DNA of 48,336 nt. Source: Coriobacteriia bacterium (GTDB lineage Bacteria > Actinomycetota > Coriobacteriia > Anaerosomatales > PHET01). Position numbers and translations under genes: made by a program. The notes below the pieces were generated by a model. It had not been told where the DNA came from and did not search any database. It was given only the letters and a program-made list of their open reading frames with translations. Shown here piece after piece: positions 19,679 to 29,730 of this stretch. The stretch spans positions 1 to 48,336 of the forward strand of contig JBBREQ010000003.1 in assembly GCA_038202795.1 (NCBI GenBank). Reading direction: 5' to 3'. Position 1 is the stretch's first letter, and the number at the start of each line of letters is the position of its first letter.

Positions 19679-20266
19679 GTGCGCAATGAACGTGTACGTG
19701 TGATCGTGGAGATCGCCCTCAGCGTTGGTCTGGCGGCTGTCTTGTCGGTGTGGAAAGTGACGTTACCGTGGAATATTGCCGGTGGCAGCATCTCGCTGGC
19801 GATGTTGCCGCTGTTCGTGCTGGCCCTGCGTCGCGGTGTTGCCGCAGGCATGGTGGCAGGTCTGCTCTACGGTGTCGCCGACTACGTGATGGAGCCGTTC
19901 TTCGTGCACCCGGCCCAGGTATTTCTCGACTATGCGGTCGCGTTTGCCGTGATCGGTTTCGCGGGGATAGGCTCACGCTCGATCAATGCCGTCGCCGTGG
20001 ATGCGCCGACCTGGCGTACGTCACTGCTGGTCGTGGCTTGGACATGCGTCGGCGCAGCCGCACGATTCGCGGCCTCGGTCGCCTCAGGCGTGGTGTTCTT
20101 CGGCGCGAACGCACCCGCCGGGCAGCCCGTGCTGGTTTACTCGCTGCTCTACAACGCGAGCTACCTGGTGCCCACGTTCGTCGTCACGGCCGCGCTTGCG
20201 GCAGGAATCGTCCCGGCTCTTGTCAGGGGTGTGCCGGTGAGCGCCCCGCCTGTCATCAATGGATAG
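19679..20266 (+). CDS. thiT: ECF transporter S-component for thiamine
   Basis: GGSISLAMLP...RRG, HPAQVFLDY and SGVVFF...AP.GQ...YSLLYNASYLVP match the ThiT signature. Confidence 0.9.
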   Translation: MRNERVRVIVEIALSVGLAAVLSVWKVTLPWNIAGGSISLAMLPLFVLALRRGVAAGMVAGLLYGVADYVMEPFFVHPAQVFLDYAVAFAVIGFAGIGSRSINAVAVDAPTWRTSLLVVAWTCVGAAARFAASVASGVVFFGANAPAGQPVLVYSLLYNASYLVPTFVVTAALAAGIVPALVRGVPVSAPPVING

Positions 20267-20274
20267 GGGTGCCG

Positions 20275-20940
20275 ATGCGAGTTCTTCTGGTGTGTGCCGC
20301 GCCTGACCATGACGATGCAGGGCTGGTAGCGCAACTTGCCCAGGGGCACGACATGGTTGTGGCCGTTGACGGTGGCGGTGCCCTCTGCCTGCGCGCAGGA
20401 GTGGTTCCCGACCTTGTCCTTGGCGACTTTGATTCGCTCAGTGGTGAAGATCTGCGCACTCTTAAACAGCGCGGTGTTGAGATTGTGAGCTACGATCCGC
20501 TCAAAGATGAGACTGACCTGGGCCTTGCGCTCGAGACAGTCCGGGCCCGGGGTGCGACCTCAGTGACGGTGACGGCCGCGTTCAGTGGGAGACTGGACCA
20601 CTCGCTTGCTGCAGCCGGACTCCTTCTGCAGGCAATCGATCTGAGCCCTGTGATCCAAGAGCCGAGACTCCGCGGGTGGCTCATGGCGCCCGATGCGCGC
20701 TGTTCGCTTGAGCTGCACGGTCGGGGGGCGACCTTCTCGGTGATCGCACTGGCGCAAGGATCACGTGTCGATCTGGTGGGCGCGCGATGGTCGGGGCCGT
20801 CGATTGAGCTGCGTCTGCTCGACTCGCGGGGCGTGAGCAACCTCATCGATGCCGACTCGATGCAGGTGACCACCACGCTCGGCGCCGTACTCGTCCTCAG
20901 CCCGGCTGACGAGATGGGGCGGATGGCAGAAGCGCGTTAA
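20275..20940 (+). CDS. thiN: Thiamine diphosphokinase
   Basis: AVDGG, PDLVLGDFDS, KDETD, GRLDH and RGVSN. Confidence 0.92.
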   Translation: MRVLLVCAAPDHDDAGLVAQLAQGHDMVVAVDGGGALCLRAGVVPDLVLGDFDSLSGEDLRTLKQRGVEIVSYDPLKDETDLGLALETVRARGATSVTVTAAFSGRLDHSLAAAGLLLQAIDLSPVIQEPRLRGWLMAPDARCSLELHGRGATFSVIALAQGSRVDLVGARWSGPSIELRLLDSRGVSNLIDADSMQVTTTLGAVLVLSPADEMGRMAEAR

Positions 20941-20986
20941 TCGAGCCGTAACGAAATACGCAACAGAGCGGTATACTTGCTTCGCG

Positions 20987-22708
20987 ATGGAAACAGGCAC
21001 TCGAACTATCGTATTGGTCGTGGGTATCTCCGGTGCGCTCTTGGGTGCCGGAGGGCTTCTGCTTGACTCCGTGGGTCTCGCTTGGTTTGGATTGGTCGCG
21101 TGCGGTTTCGCGATCGTTGCCTCGGTGAACCTGCAACCCGAGCCGCATGGTCTCACATGGGATCCCCCGACAGTCGCTCATACGACCGTGTCGCCACCCG
21201 TACCGGACAGGCGGCCGGTCGCTGCCCCTGCAGGGGTGGAGCCGGTCGACGTGGTGTCCGCTCTCGGATCCGCCGCCGGTGCATCCGGTGAAGTGCTCTC
21301 AGCCCATCTTTGGTTGGTCGACGCCGCATCGAAGACACTCCGGTTGGTGGCTGCTGCTGGACCCCAGCGTCCGTCAACCGATCCCGTATCGATACAGGGC
21401 ACTGTGCTAGGAAAGTCACTGAGCAGCGGTCAGGCCGTTCTCGAGCGAGAGGCACTTCTGTTCGTGTCGGGTGATGAGAGCACGATGTGGCGCTACGCCG
21501 TTCCCGTCAGTGCGGGTGAGGTCAGTGGCGTTGCGGCGATTGATGTTGCGTCGGATGATCCGGACCGGGGAGTGTTGACAGAGGCGGTCTCGATGCTGAG
21601 AGCCTCGCTCGCGGGATCATTGGCGCTGCATGTCGCGCGGATGGAGTCGGCTGCCGCTCGCACCCTTCTGGAGACCGCGGGGGACCTCGCGCGCCTCGTG
21701 GACGCGCGCTCAGTGGTGGAGTTGCTGCTCGCTCGTGCGTTGGTCCTCGCTGGCGCGCAGACAGGGTCGGTCATGTTGCTTGATGACGACGGCGCCCTGT
21801 CGATCTCGGCATCTCACGGGTTGCCGTCAGGAGTGGTAGAGAGCACCAAGGTGTCGGAAGGCGAGGGTATTGCAGGCTGGGTGCTGGCCACGAACAAGTC
21901 ACTGGTTGTCGAGGACCTTCATGACAAGGGCGCCCGTGCACGTCGGCACGGCATCCGTTCAGCGATGGCTGTGCCCATCGCTGATGACGACGGTGTCCTT
22001 GGCGTGCTCAACGTGGGCAGCCGGTTGTTCCAGGCGCGCTTCTCGGCTTCTCACCAGATGGCGCTCGAGGCACTGGGGCGCATTGGGGCTGTGGCGCTAC
22101 GTAACGCACGCGCGATCGAGGCTTCCAGGACGTTGTATTTCGACACTCTTCGGGCCCTGTCTCTGGCGCTCGAGACCAAAGACCCCTACTCGCGTGGCGC
22201 AACCGACCGGGTGCTCGAGCTTGCGACCGCCCTAGGGGTCCAGATGGGCCTGGAAGAACGGGAGCAGTCCGCCCTCAGGGTCGCAGCGCTGCTGCATGAC
22301 GTGGGGATGGCAGCTCTGGGAGACGCTGCGATCGTTGAGAATCGTCCACTGACGACAGTGGAATGGGGCATGATTCAGATGCATCCGGTGATCGCCTCTG
22401 ACGTGCTGACTCAGGCGCCGGCGTTGGCCGATGCGGTGCCGATCGTCTACCACCACCACGAGCACTATGATGGGCGAGGGTATGTCTTGGGCATCTCGGG
22501 AGAGCGAATCCCGCTGGGCGCGCGCGTGCTCGCGGTCGCCGATGCATTCGTGGCGCTGACCTCCGAGCGGCCGTATCGCCCGGCTATGGCACAGCCCTAT
22601 GCTCTGCAGGAGATCGTGAGTAAGTCAGGGACACAGTTCGACCCGGAGGTCGTGCAGGCGCTTGAGCGGCATCTCGGAGAGTTGAAGCAGTCCGAGGCGC
22701 GAGCCTGA
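20987..22708 (+). CDS. Membrane-anchored GAF plus HD-GYP domain protein (possibly degenerate)
   Basis: Two N-terminal TM helices. GAF region GEGIAGWV...SAMAVPI...GVLNV. HD-GYP region ALETKDPY, LLHDVG, HHHEHYDGRGY, IPLGARVLAVADAF and GTQFDP. Confidence 0.85.
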   Translation: METGTRTIVLVVGISGALLGAGGLLLDSVGLAWFGLVACGFAIVASVNLQPEPHGLTWDPPTVAHTTVSPPVPDRRPVAAPAGVEPVDVVSALGSAAGASGEVLSAHLWLVDAASKTLRLVAAAGPQRPSTDPVSIQGTVLGKSLSSGQAVLEREALLFVSGDESTMWRYAVPVSAGEVSGVAAIDVASDDPDRGVLTEAVSMLRASLAGSLALHVARMESAAARTLLETAGDLARLVDARSVVELLLARALVLAGAQTGSVMLLDDDGALSISASHGLPSGVVESTKVSEGEGIAGWVLATNKSLVVEDLHDKGARARRHGIRSAMAVPIADDDGVLGVLNVGSRLFQARFSASHQMALEALGRIGAVALRNARAIEASRTLYFDTLRALSLALETKDPYSRGATDRVLELATALGVQMGLEEREQSALRVAALLHDVGMAALGDAAIVENRPLTTVEWGMIQMHPVIASDVLTQAPALADAVPIVYHHHEHYDGRGYVLGISGERIPLGARVLAVADAFVALTSERPYRPAMAQPYALQEIVSKSGTQFDPEVVQALERHLGELKQSEARA

Positions 22709-22785
22709 GCGTGTCCCCACTGCAGCGGGCAACAAACGACCGCCCCGGAGGACGGCCGATGTGGCGATAGCTGGGGCGTCGCGAC

Positions 22786-22974
22786 CTACGCGCGGGTGAC
22801 TTTGCCTGCCTTCATGCACTTCGTGCAGACATTGACCTTCTTGACGTGCCCCTTGATGACAGCGGTAACCTTCTGGATGTTCGGGCGGAACATGCGGTTC
22901 GTGACGCGGTGCGAGTGGCTCACGTTGCGGCCCGCCGAAGGGCTCTTGCCGCAGACAGCACAGATCTTGGACAT
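22786..22974 (-). CDS. rpmB: 50S ribosomal protein L28 (zinc-binding type)
   Basis: MSKICAVCGK...GRNVSHSH...PNIQ...VCTKCMKAGKV; RBS GAGGAG. Confidence 0.95.
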   Translation of the reverse strand: MSKICAVCGKSPSAGRNVSHSHRVTNRMFRPNIQKVTAVIKGHVKKVNVCTKCMKAGKVTRA

Positions 22975-23228
22975 GACGTACTCCTCGTGACTTGAGCCGC
23001 ACTTTCGGCGGACAGGTTTCATGCACAAAGCGCGTGGAATGGTACCACGCCGGTAGGAGCGCAAGCAAGGGCGCCCGCCAGCGGCGCTCCCCGCGTATTG
23101 GTCTATACTCGAGGCGCCCCGAGCGGGGGTGTGCGACTCCTCCCTGAGGGTAGCACGGCCGTGTGGCCTGATGCGCGGTTTGGCACTTCGATTCGATGGG
23201 TCGGATTCATCCGAAGGGAGCACCACGT

Positions 23229-23582
23229 ATGCCTGCCAAGACACAGGGGGCTGTTCACATCGCCAACGACGTCCTTGCTGACATCGCAGGGTTTGCCGCG
23301 TTGGAGAGCTACGGGATCGTGGGCATGGCGAGCCCGACCAAAGCTGACGGCGTCGCGCAGCTGCTCCCGCGGCAGAAGCTGCGCAAGGGGGTCAAGATAT
23401 CCAGCGCGGATCACGGGGTCGAGGTCGACCTGTACGTTGTGATCGAGCACGGCACCAACATCGCAGAGGTCTCACACAACCTTGCGAACCTGGTCATGCA
23501 TACACTCAAAGAGATGGCGGATGTGGCTGTCGCGCGGACGGACGTCCACGTGATGGGCGTCAAAGTACGCAGCGCGAAGTGA
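23229..23582 (+). CDS. Asp23/Gls24 family protein (YloU-like)
   Basis: G.V.IANDVLADIAG.AALESYGIVGMA and VDLYVVIEHGTNI; conserved position before the DAK2-domain gene. Confidence 0.88.
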   Translation: MPAKTQGAVHIANDVLADIAGFAALESYGIVGMASPTKADGVAQLLPRQKLRKGVKISSADHGVEVDLYVVIEHGTNIAEVSHNLANLVMHTLKEMADVAVARTDVHVMGVKVRSAK

Positions 23583-23593
23583 CCGGAGAGACC

Positions 23594-25201
23594 ATGCCGA
23601 CACACCGAGATCTGATCGCTTCAGCCGCGTCTGCACTTCACGACCGCATCGAGGAGGTCAACAGGCTCAATGTCTTCCCGGTTCCCGACGGGGACACCGG
23701 AACGAACATGTCACTCACCATGGGTTCAGTGGTCGAAGCAGTAGGTCAGCTTCCCGCAGACGCCTCGGTAGCGCAGGTCTGCCGCGCGGTGACTCGCGGC
23801 TCGCTGATGGGGGCTCGAGGGAATTCAGGTGTAATTCTGTCGCAGATCCTCCGAGGTCTGTGTGAGGGGGTTGGCGAAGAAGAGGAGGCGAGTACGCACC
23901 TGCTCGTCGATGCGCTCGAGCGTGCCGCTGTGGTCGCCTACCAGGCCGTTCGCAAGCCAGTCGAGGGCACGATGCTGACCGTCATCAAGGACACAGCCGC
24001 AGCGGCTAGAACGGCAGCGGATGGAAACGTAGTGCTCGCAGATGCATTGGAGCGCGTAGCTGCCGGGGCATTCGACTCCGTTCGCCGCACGCCTGAGTTG
24101 CTCCCCGTACTCAAGGAGAACGGGGTTGTTGATGCCGGAGGATTTGGCCTCGCTCTGCTGATCGAGGGATTTGTCGCTGCTGCGCTCGGTCACAAGGTCG
24201 TGGTCGCTGACGTGTCGTCGGCCGCAGCGCCCTTGGAGATGGTGGTTCCGGTGGACGATTGGGACGACGACGAGTATCTCTACTGCACCGAGTTCCTGCT
24301 CTTCGGAGAGGCCATCGACCGAGAGGCCGTGCACGATTTCGTCGCCAGCGTCGGCGGCAGCGAACTTGTGGTTGGCGAGGGTGGCTCGTTCAAGGTTCAC
24401 GTACACACCAACGATCCGGGTGTGGTGCTGTCGCACGTCGCAGCGCTGGGAGAGGTCGCTGAGGTTCACGTCAACAACATGCGCCGCCAACAGGTCGTCC
24501 GCGATTCCGGCTTGCGAGCGGAGCGTGAAACCGCCGCCACCAAGCCGGTTGGGTTCGTCGCGGTAGCCGCGGGTGAAGGGCTGGCACGAATCCTCGAGTC
24601 TCTGGGAGTTGACGTCGTTGTCAGCGGCGGTCAGACCATGAACCCCTCAACGCAGGATCTGGTCGATGCCATTGGCCGTGTCAATGCTGAACGGATCGTG
24701 GTCTTACCCAACAACAAGAACATCCTGATGGCCGCCGGCGCCGCGGCGAGCGTCGTGGGCGAGCACGTCGCGGTGGTGCCAACGCGCTCGGTACCCCAAG
24801 CGTTCTCCGCGCTTCTGGCCTACAACGACCAAGACGAGCTGTCCCAGATAGTCACGAGCATGACCGCGGCGGCAGGCATGGTGCGCACGGGAGAAGTCAC
24901 GACAGCGGTGAAGGACGCAAAGGGCAAGACGGGGGACATTCTAGCCGGGCAGGTCATCGGCATCATCGACGACGAAGAGATCGAAGTCGTGGGAGCGGAT
25001 GTCGCGCAGGTGGCGATGGACCTGGCCCACATCTTCGCCCAAGAAGGCGCGGAGACGATCACGTTGCTCGCGGGCGCGGATATGAGTGATGACGCGCTGG
25101 CCGCTGTCTCGGCGCGAATGCAGCAGGATATGCCCGACGTTGCCATCGAGACGCATCGTGGCGAACAGCCGTTGTACCCGATCATCCTGTCTGCCGAGTA
25201 G
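23594..25201 (+). CDS. fakA: DAK2-domain fatty acid kinase catalytic subunit
   Basis: NRLNVFPVPDGDTGTNM, GARGNSGVILSQ, KVHVHT, GGQTMNPS and LPNNKNI. Confidence 0.92.
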   Translation: MPTHRDLIASAASALHDRIEEVNRLNVFPVPDGDTGTNMSLTMGSVVEAVGQLPADASVAQVCRAVTRGSLMGARGNSGVILSQILRGLCEGVGEEEEASTHLLVDALERAAVVAYQAVRKPVEGTMLTVIKDTAAAARTAADGNVVLADALERVAAGAFDSVRRTPELLPVLKENGVVDAGGFGLALLIEGFVAAALGHKVVVADVSSAAAPLEMVVPVDDWDDDEYLYCTEFLLFGEAIDREAVHDFVASVGGSELVVGEGGSFKVHVHTNDPGVVLSHVAALGEVAEVHVNNMRRQQVVRDSGLRAERETAATKPVGFVAVAAGEGLARILESLGVDVVVSGGQTMNPSTQDLVDAIGRVNAERIVVLPNNKNILMAAGAAASVVGEHVAVVPTRSVPQAFSALLAYNDQDELSQIVTSMTAAAGMVRTGEVTTAVKDAKGKTGDILAGQVIGIIDDEEIEVVGADVAQVAMDLAHIFAQEGAETITLLAGADMSDDALAAVSARMQQDMPDVAIETHRGEQPLYPIILSAE

Positions 25202-25218
25202 AGCCGAGGAAACACGCC

Positions 25219-26073
25219 ATGTCCCGAGTTGGAATCGTCACCGACAGCACCTGCGATCTCACGCCCGAAGTGCTGTCTGCTCTCGACGTGCGCATGGTGC
25301 CGCTCAAGGTGCTGATAGGCGCCGAATCGTGGCTCGACTGGATCGAGCTGGCACCGGAGGCGTTCTACGAGCGACTCCGCACCTCGCCGATTCTCCCGAA
25401 GACATCGCAGCCATCGCCTGCGGACTTCAGTGCGGTGTATTCCGAGCTTGCTGAGAGCGGGTGCGAATCCATAGTGTCGATTCACCTGACTTCCGCGCTG
25501 TCGGGCACGGTCAGCTCCGCGACGATCGCCGCTCAGGGTGCGGCCGTGCCCGTGCACGTCATCGATACAAAGAAGGTCACTCAGGCGCTGGGTCTCGTGG
25601 TCAAAGCCGCCGCGGGCGCTCGCGGTGAAGGAGGAGACGGTGACGCTGTCGCGGCGGTCGCCACTCAGGTCTCTGCGTCCATGAGGCTGTACTTCGCACT
25701 CGATACACTCGACTACCTCGTCAAGGGCGGGCGAGCGGGCAAGGCTCAGGGCCTGGCGTCGTCACTGCTGAACATCAAGCCCGTGCTTGAGATGAACGCT
25801 GAGGGCATTATCGAGCCGTTCAAGAAGGTGAAGGGCCGCAAGAAGGCTCTCGCTGAGCTGGTCGCCCACATCACTCAGGAGTCTTCAACGAAGGGCCATC
25901 TGCGCGGAGCCCTGCTCCACGGGTGTGCACCCGAAGATGCGGCAGAGCTCAAGGAGCTGATCGAGGCAAGCGGTGCCGACATCGAGATCGAGTCAGTGGG
26001 ATTGGTGGGCTCGGTAGTGGGCACGTACGCCGGTCCCAACTCGTTGGGCATCGCCTACTACCCTGTGGGTTAG
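25219..26073 (+). CDS. fakB: DegV family fatty-acid-binding protein (FakB)
   Basis: IVTDSTCDL, PKTSQPS, LSGT, YLVKGGR and LNIKPVL. Confidence 0.9.
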   Translation: MSRVGIVTDSTCDLTPEVLSALDVRMVPLKVLIGAESWLDWIELAPEAFYERLRTSPILPKTSQPSPADFSAVYSELAESGCESIVSIHLTSALSGTVSSATIAAQGAAVPVHVIDTKKVTQALGLVVKAAAGARGEGGDGDAVAAVATQVSASMRLYFALDTLDYLVKGGRAGKAQGLASSLLNIKPVLEMNAEGIIEPFKKVKGRKKALAELVAHITQESSTKGHLRGALLHGCAPEDAAELKELIEASGADIEIESVGLVGSVVGTYAGPNSLGIAYYPVG

Positions 26074-26079
26074 TGACCG

Positions 26080-28185
26080 GTGGTTTCACCGCCTACATTC
26101 GCCGACAAACCTCAGCGGCTCATCGCGCACGAGCTTCCTGTGACCAGCGCCCGATTCGTCGACTCGGCGCGTGCTGACGCGCTTGCGCGACTGGGCATTC
26201 GAACCCTTGGCGGCTTGATCAGGCACTATCCCTTCAGGTATCTGGACCTCTCTGAAGTCCACACCCTTCGTGACGTGAGGGCGGGCTTCGAGGCAACGGT
26301 CGTGGGCCACGTGCACGAGATCAAGGTGAAGAAGCCCAAGCCGCGGCTCACCATCACCGAGGTGGCTCTGGTCGATGGCACCGGCGTACTCATAGGCGTT
26401 TGGTTCAACCAGCCATGGGTGCAACAGCGGTTCGTACAGGGTGAACGTGTTGCATTCGCCGGCAAGGTCGAGATGGACTTCGGCCTCAAGCGGATCAGGA
26501 CGCCGTTTGTCGAGAAGCTACCGCAGGAAGAGGACCCTCAGGCGGCTGGCAGAATCCTGCCGGTGCACCGAGCCACAGACGGGCTTTCGACAGGATGGTT
26601 GCGACGGCTCGTCGCGGCCGCGGTTGATGATGCGGCAGACATACCCGACCACCTGCCCGCTCAGCTCCGCGTGGATCGCGGGCTTGTCAGCCTAGCCACC
26701 GCGCTGCACGACATCCATTTCCCTTCGACCCCCAGCCATGCCGCTGCCGCGCGCGCTAGGCTCGCCTACGACGAACTGCTGATGATGCAGCTCTACATGG
26801 CGATGCGAAGGTACGCGCTCACGCGTGAGCAGGCCGGTGTCGCCCACATCGCCAACGGCCCGGCGCGCGCCGCATTGCAGCGGGCGATACCCTTTCAACT
26901 CACCCGCGATCAGGAGCGGGCGTGCTCTGAGATCCTCGCCGACATGGCAGAGCCTCGGCCCATGAACCGGCTGCTGTTGGGCGATGTCGGGACGGGCAAG
27001 ACCCTGGTTGCCGCGCACGCTCTTGCCGCGGCTGCCGACAGTGGCACACAAGCTGCCATGATGGCACCTACCGAGGTGCTCGCAGCGCAGTATGCCGAGA
27101 AGGTCGGGCCGCTGCTGGAGCAGGCCGGCATCGCTTGGAAGCTGCTGACCGGCTCAACCTCGGCTGCCGAACGCAGGGCAGTGCTCGCGGCGGTCTCGGC
27201 GGGAGAGGCGCAGGTGCTGTTCGGGACGCACGCACTGCTGGAAGACGCCGTGACGTTTCAGCGTCTTACGCTCGCGATTGTCGATGAGCAGCACCGGTTT
27301 GGCGTGAATCAGCGCCTTGGGCTCAGAACCAAGGGCGTCTCGGCCGATCTGCTGGTCATGACCGCCACTCCGATACCGCGCTCGCTCGCGCTGACGTTGT
27401 ACGGGGACTTGGCGACCTCGTATCTGCGCGAGCGGCCGCACGCCACACCGGGAGTGGTCACTCACCTTGTCAAGCCGCACACGGCCACTCCGGCGTACAA
27501 GGCGGTGCGCGCCGCCGTCAAGGCCGGCCATCAGGCCTATGTCGTGTGCGCGCTGGTCGACGAGTCGGACAACGCTCAGGCCAAGGCCGCGACGCGCGAG
27601 GCGGAGCGGCTCCGCAACGAGGTCTTCCCGAACTTGAAGGTGGGGTTGTTGACCGGCAGGATGCGGTCCGCCGACAAGGCTGCCGTGATGCGCGAGTTCC
27701 GCCAGGGCTCCATCGACGTGCTTGTCTCGACGACCGTGATCGAAGTGGGCGTTGATGTGCCCAACGTGACAGTGATGATCATCGAGGATGCGGATCGCTT
27801 CGGGCTCGCACAGCTGCACCAGCTGCGGGGGCGTGTCGGACGAGGCAAACACCCGGGTGAGGTCTGGCTCGTGTCTGACGCCCGTTCGGCCGAGTCACGG
27901 GACCGACTGAACGCCCTGCTGAACAGCACGGACGGCTTCGCGCTGGCCGAGCAGGATCTCAAGCTGAGAGGCGAGGGGCAGGTGCTAGGTGATCGACAGC
28001 ACGGGATGCCGGATCTGGTGATAGCGAGCCTCATCAACGATCTCGATCTGGTTGAGGCGGCCCGCGTCGACGCGTTTGCGATCATCAACAGCGATCCGCA
28101 CCTGGGATCGGTGACGCATGGTCCCCTCCTGCACCAGGTCAAGCATACGTTCAACGAAGCATGGGAGTGGGTGAGCAGCGGGTGA
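26080..28185 (+). CDS. recG: ATP-dependent DNA helicase RecG
   Basis: GDVGTGKT, DEQHRFG, MTATPIPR and QLHQLRGRVGR. Confidence 0.97.
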   Translation: MVSPPTFADKPQRLIAHELPVTSARFVDSARADALARLGIRTLGGLIRHYPFRYLDLSEVHTLRDVRAGFEATVVGHVHEIKVKKPKPRLTITEVALVDGTGVLIGVWFNQPWVQQRFVQGERVAFAGKVEMDFGLKRIRTPFVEKLPQEEDPQAAGRILPVHRATDGLSTGWLRRLVAAAVDDAADIPDHLPAQLRVDRGLVSLATALHDIHFPSTPSHAAAARARLAYDELLMMQLYMAMRRYALTREQAGVAHIANGPARAALQRAIPFQLTRDQERACSEILADMAEPRPMNRLLLGDVGTGKTLVAAHALAAAADSGTQAAMMAPTEVLAAQYAEKVGPLLEQAGIAWKLLTGSTSAAERRAVLAAVSAGEAQVLFGTHALLEDAVTFQRLTLAIVDEQHRFGVNQRLGLRTKGVSADLLVMTATPIPRSLALTLYGDLATSYLRERPHATPGVVTHLVKPHTATPAYKAVRAAVKAGHQAYVVCALVDESDNAQAKAATREAERLRNEVFPNLKVGLLTGRMRSADKAAVMREFRQGSIDVLVSTTVIEVGVDVPNVTVMIIEDADRFGLAQLHQLRGRVGRGKHPGEVWLVSDARSAESRDRLNALLNSTDGFALAEQDLKLRGEGQVLGDRQHGMPDLVIASLINDLDLVEAARVDAFAIINSDPHLGSVTHGPLLHQVKHTFNEAWEWVSSG

Positions 28186-28763
28186 GAATCGTCTCGGGGC
28201 GTTTTCGAGGACGACGGCTCAAGACGCCGAAGGGCGATACCACGCGCCCCACGACAGATCGCGTGAAGGAGTCTGTCTTCTCGGCGCTGAGTTCACTGCT
28301 GGGACCGGATCTTGGTGCAGGGGCGGTGCTCGATCCGTTTGCCGGTAGCGGGGCGCTGGGCCTGGAGGCCCTTTCTCGCGGGTGCGAACGGGTGACTCTG
28401 ATCGAGTCCGACCGTCGTGCGCAGGCGGTACTGAAAGACAATGTCGCGCTGTTGGGCGTCGAGCACTGCGCCCGAATCGTGACCGGTGACGCCTTTACGC
28501 TGGCGGGGCGTGGTGTTTCCGGTGGACCGTTCTCGTTGATTCTCCTGGACCCGCCATATACACTCGACCAGACTGCAGTGGCCTGCATGCTTGAGATGCT
28601 TGCGGTGGCAGGGGCTGTCTCCCAAGGTGCGGTCGTCACATGGGAGCATGCCAAAGGGGTTGATTCGCCGTGGCCGCCCGGGTTCGTTGTGCTGCAGCGT
28701 CGTGCGTACGGGTCGACCGAGGTCGACATCGCGGTCTTTGAGGGGAGTGATGGGTCGCAGTGA
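28182..28763 (+). CDS. rsmD: 16S rRNA m2G966 methyltransferase
   Basis: RIVSGRFRGR, TRPTTDRVKES, FAGSGALGLEALSRG and DPPY. Confidence 0.95.
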   Translation: MRIVSGRFRGRRLKTPKGDTTRPTTDRVKESVFSALSSLLGPDLGAGAVLDPFAGSGALGLEALSRGCERVTLIESDRRAQAVLKDNVALLGVEHCARIVTGDAFTLAGRGVSGGPFSLILLDPPYTLDQTAVACMLEMLAVAGAVSQGAVVTWEHAKGVDSPWPPGFVVLQRRAYGSTEVDIAVFEGSDGSQ

Positions 28764-29251
28764 AGCGCGGAGTCGTTCCGGGCACCTTCGATCCCGTCAC
28801 GTCGGGGCACCTCGACATCATCGAGCGGGCAGCTGCTATCTTCGACGAGATCGTCGTCGGCGTCGCGCTCTCTCCCGAGAAGGGCGGCGGACCGCTGTTC
28901 TCGATCGAGGAGCGCGTCAGGCTGGTCGAGCGCGTTACCGAGCACTGCGGTAACGTATCGGTGCGTCCTTTTGATACGCTATTGGTGAATCTCGCCGAGG
29001 ACACCGGCGCGTCGGTCATAGTGAAGGGGCTGCGCGCGGTCACGGATTTCGAACGCGAGTTCCAGATGGCGGCACTGAACTGGCGCCTGGATTCGGACAT
29101 CGAGACGATGTTCATCATGGCGGTGCCGGAATACATGTACCTGAGTTCGTCGGCGGTCAAGGAGATCGCACGGCACGGTGGATCGGTTCGCGGTCTCGTG
29201 CCCGAGCACGTCGCGGAAGCGCTTGAGCATAAGTTGAACACAGCCCGTTAG
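28760..29251 (+). CDS. coaD: Pantetheine-phosphate adenylyltransferase
   Basis: PGTFDPVTSGHLDII, KGLRAVTDF and SSSAVKE. Confidence 0.96.
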   Translation: MKRGVVPGTFDPVTSGHLDIIERAAAIFDEIVVGVALSPEKGGGPLFSIEERVRLVERVTEHCGNVSVRPFDTLLVNLAEDTGASVIVKGLRAVTDFEREFQMAALNWRLDSDIETMFIMAVPEYMYLSSSAVKEIARHGGSVRGLVPEHVAEALEHKLNTAR

Positions 29252-29262
29252 GGAGGACCTCC

Positions 29263-29721
29263 ATGGACATCATGGCCCTGATCGACCGCATCGAAGAGAT
29301 CGTGGACAGCAGCAAGAATGTCCCATTCACGAGCAACAAGATGGTCGACCCGGATGGCGTCTACGAGATAGTCGATGAGATTCGGGCGCAGTTCCCCGAC
29401 GAGCTCAAGCAGGCCCGTTGGATCGTCAAGGAGCGCCAGGAGATGCTCGAGGAGGCCGAGAAGGAGGCCAACCGGGTACTCGAAGAGGCGCGCGAGCGGG
29501 CTCACGCAATCGCCAGCGAGCAAGAGGTCGTGCGTCTCGCAGAGCAGCAGGCAGCCGATCTGATCGACAGCGCGCGTCAGGCCGAGCGCGAGATACGGTT
29601 GGGTGCTGAGGACTATGCAGACGAGATGCTTGCGAACCTGGAGGTCAACCTCGGTAAGCTGCTGACTGCTGTGCAACGCGGACGTGACCGTCTGCAGGGC
29701 AAAGTCTCGCAGCGTCAGTAG
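29263..29721 (+). CDS. Conserved coiled-coil protein (SepIVA/Rv2927c-like; often annotated ATPase or F0 subunit B-like)
   Basis: VPF...VD...EIRAQFPDELKQARWIVKERQ followed by a coiled coil; conserved coaD-x-yceD-rpmF position. Confidence 0.7.
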   Translation: MDIMALIDRIEEIVDSSKNVPFTSNKMVDPDGVYEIVDEIRAQFPDELKQARWIVKERQEMLEEAEKEANRVLEEARERAHAIASEQEVVRLAEQQAADLIDSARQAEREIRLGAEDYADEMLANLEVNLGKLLTAVQRGRDRLQGKVSQRQ

Positions 29722-29730
29722 CGAGGAATC

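Noticed and set aside
19750-20274. Apparent 175-aa N-terminal extension of ThiN in the ORF track
   Set aside because: Overlaps thiT in another frame; ThiN homology begins at ATG 20275.
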